From positions 1 to 34,998 of the forward strand of contig JALJEE010001772.1 of NCBI GenBank assembly GCA_023231475.1: 34,998 nucleotides of DNA, read 5' to 3'. The translations under genes and the position numbers were made by a program. Position 1 is the first letter of the stretch; each line of letters starts with the position of its first letter. Below the pieces are notes generated by a model. It was given only the letters and a program-made list of their open reading frames with translations, was not told where the DNA came from and searched no databases. This DNA is from Seison nebaliae (taxonomy: Eukaryota). Below are positions 32,919 through 34,998 of the stretch, in pieces.

Positions 32919-34029
32919 TTAATAATAATGACTGGAATTGTGATTGTTCTCCGATTGAAATGATCGATCCATAGAACCTTAAATTATTTTCATTAAAAGT
33001 TTAAGAATATATTCAATAAAATTAACTTGTTGGTGCACCCATTGTGGTATATTGAATATGTCCATTGTTTTCAAAAGAACTTATCGGTTGTGTTGTTCGT
33101 GTGCGACTTTTAGAATCATTTCGATATTCATCACTAATTTGACGTTTCCTCCTTTTTGATTTTTTCGATTTTCCAAGATTGAGTATCTTTGCATCCTTTG
33201 AACGATGTCGATGACTATGACTATGACGATGACGGTGATGATGTCGACTGCATTTCCGAGAATTTTCATTTGAGGGTCTGCGTTTTTCTGAAAGTATATC
33301 ATAGTTTTGACCACGTATATAGCGACGACTTTTTTTCGAACCTTCAATTGATGAATGGGAATCTGATGAAGAGGACGAATCTGAAGTAGAAATTCCATCT
33401 GAATCAATCACTTCGATCTCCCTAATTCTCGTTTTCAAATCTTCTAGCAACTGAAGCGGTTCCGACCAATTACTTATGGGTGAATCGTTTATTAATCGAA
33501 TAGCGACTGCCAATGTCTGAGTAGCTTCACGATATGCATTCTTCCTATAATTAATCGTCGAATGTTCACAAGCGTTCTTCCAAATTGTTCGCACCTCTTC
33601 AATTTTCGTTTCGAAGTATTGATCAGGAAGTGGTTGAGCGGCTAAAATGTAAATTAAAAGAAAAAATTCGAAATTTATTCCAAAATAAACCTGGCCATAT
33701 ATTTATGTTACGGCGTACTTTGTACGGATCTTGTGGTGTAACTATCGAACTAATAGTAGATGCCGGTAATGTATTAACAGGCATGACGGACACTGTTGCT
33801 AAATAGTTTATTGGAATGAAATTGAATCATTTGAAGAATAGAAGGGAACTTGGTAATGACGGAGGAGCGCAATGAATCATTGGTGGTGGTGGTACATTGA
33901 CAAAATCTCCCATAGAAAGTGGAGGAGGACATTCTGTGACTGGTGGAAATATTGGAATCGGATGATTGGGAATAAGAGAAGACGATGACGTTAGTCCTAT
34001 TTGTTTAGATGACGACGGTACGGACTTTG
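32919..34029 (-). CDS. Unknown Pro-rich / Ser-His-Arg-rich protein, 5' end not located. Exons 34029-33850, 33798-33691, 33641-33027, 32977-32919
   Basis: Three ~50-bp GTT...AG introns preserve frame. The translation includes PPPPMIHCAPPSLP, a short helical block, a Ser tract and HHHRHRHSHSHRHRS. The last intron is uncertain, since a TAA at 33022 would end the unspliced frame. Confidence 0.65.
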
Positions 34030-34998
34030 CTAAAGTGGAATATCATGTTAAGATTTGCAGATTAAGGAGATTTTGAGTGGGTAAAAAAACGAAGGGCACA
34101 ACGGAATATTGATAAAAGAAATTTTATAAAATCAATACTATATATAACGAAAAGAAAGAAAATGTCGAAGAAAAATAATTGAATAAATGAGAACATAAAA
34201 GAAGGCATGGAAAAATTGAGTATAATACTTCCTGAAAGAATTGATATATACAAATAATTCTCTTATAATAAATAAAGTTCATTGATTGAGTTCGAATGAG
34301 ATCTGATCTCATTCTTATAAATATATAACATATAGATATAGATTGTTTGATGTTTTGGATAATTCTGAGGAATATGGTGATATTGATGGAAATTAATAGA
34401 ATTTAAATGGTACAATACTCTTGTAATGATACATGTGATTGGATAAAATATTAATTACTTTAAATTGATGAGATGAGGAGATGGTGAAAGGGAAACCGAA
34501 TGATAATATCTGTTCAATAATTTATTATTCTTCAATATTTTTCTTTTGTACAAGATGTTGATAAATGTAAAAATATTGAAATTCTTCAATCGATTGGAAC
34601 TTGTGGAAAGAGCAGTACCATTTGTACTGAAATGGTGTGAAATGCGATGAAATGAGATTGAACTAAAAACATTGAGCTAATATCGATTTGATGGAAAAAA
34701 AATGTACAAAAAGAATAGAAGTTGCTCTTCTTTCGGGATAATTACAAAAATGATTTTTACCGGAATTGATTGTAGAAGACCAATTATAATGACAATAAGA
34801 AAATGGGTTTTGTTGAAAAAGTGAAAAAAGAAACGAGTCGTTTTGAACGGTGGTTGGACGGAAGGAAGGAAGGAAAGAGAACGCCTGATAAAATTAAAAT
34901 GAGTAGAGAAAATACAACTAACAAATTCCTAAAAATTCTTCGGCAATATTCGTAAATTTTGAAACATTCTCTTTATTCAGCACGACGCATAACGGTTT

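Noticed and set aside
9175..34312. Numerous 60-110-aa antisense or overlapping ORFs in the track (e.g. 9175, 11803, 13972, 15567, 16361, 19715, 21270, 23362, 26529, 26887, 33189, 33585, 34062)
   Set aside because: They are shadows of real genes on the other strand or frame, or low-complexity AT-rich chance ORFs.

Overview
This is AT-rich (roughly 25-30% GC by eye), gene-dense eukaryotic DNA, almost certainly from a compact animal genome; the species cannot be determined from the sequence. The first ~6.5 kb is mostly transposon material: a MULE-type MITE with a target-site duplication, a decayed non-LTR reverse transcriptase, and a Mutator (MULE) DDE transposase beside an internally deleted partial copy with a subterminal repeat array. 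Host genes follow: an intronless 958-aa 7TM receptor-like gene, a Mieap/SPATA18-domain gene, a 774-aa ORF that may be an alternative first exon of it, a 23-exon nardilysin-like M16 peptidase, an intronless GT92-like glycosyltransferase, UTP14, and several unknown or decayed genes. The strongest unusual signal is in the introns. Of 34 introns reconstructed by hand, 27 begin GTT, 7 begin GTA, and only one has the canonical GTAAGT, which points to a divergent 5' splice-site code. All gene models are manual and need RNA-seq confirmation.
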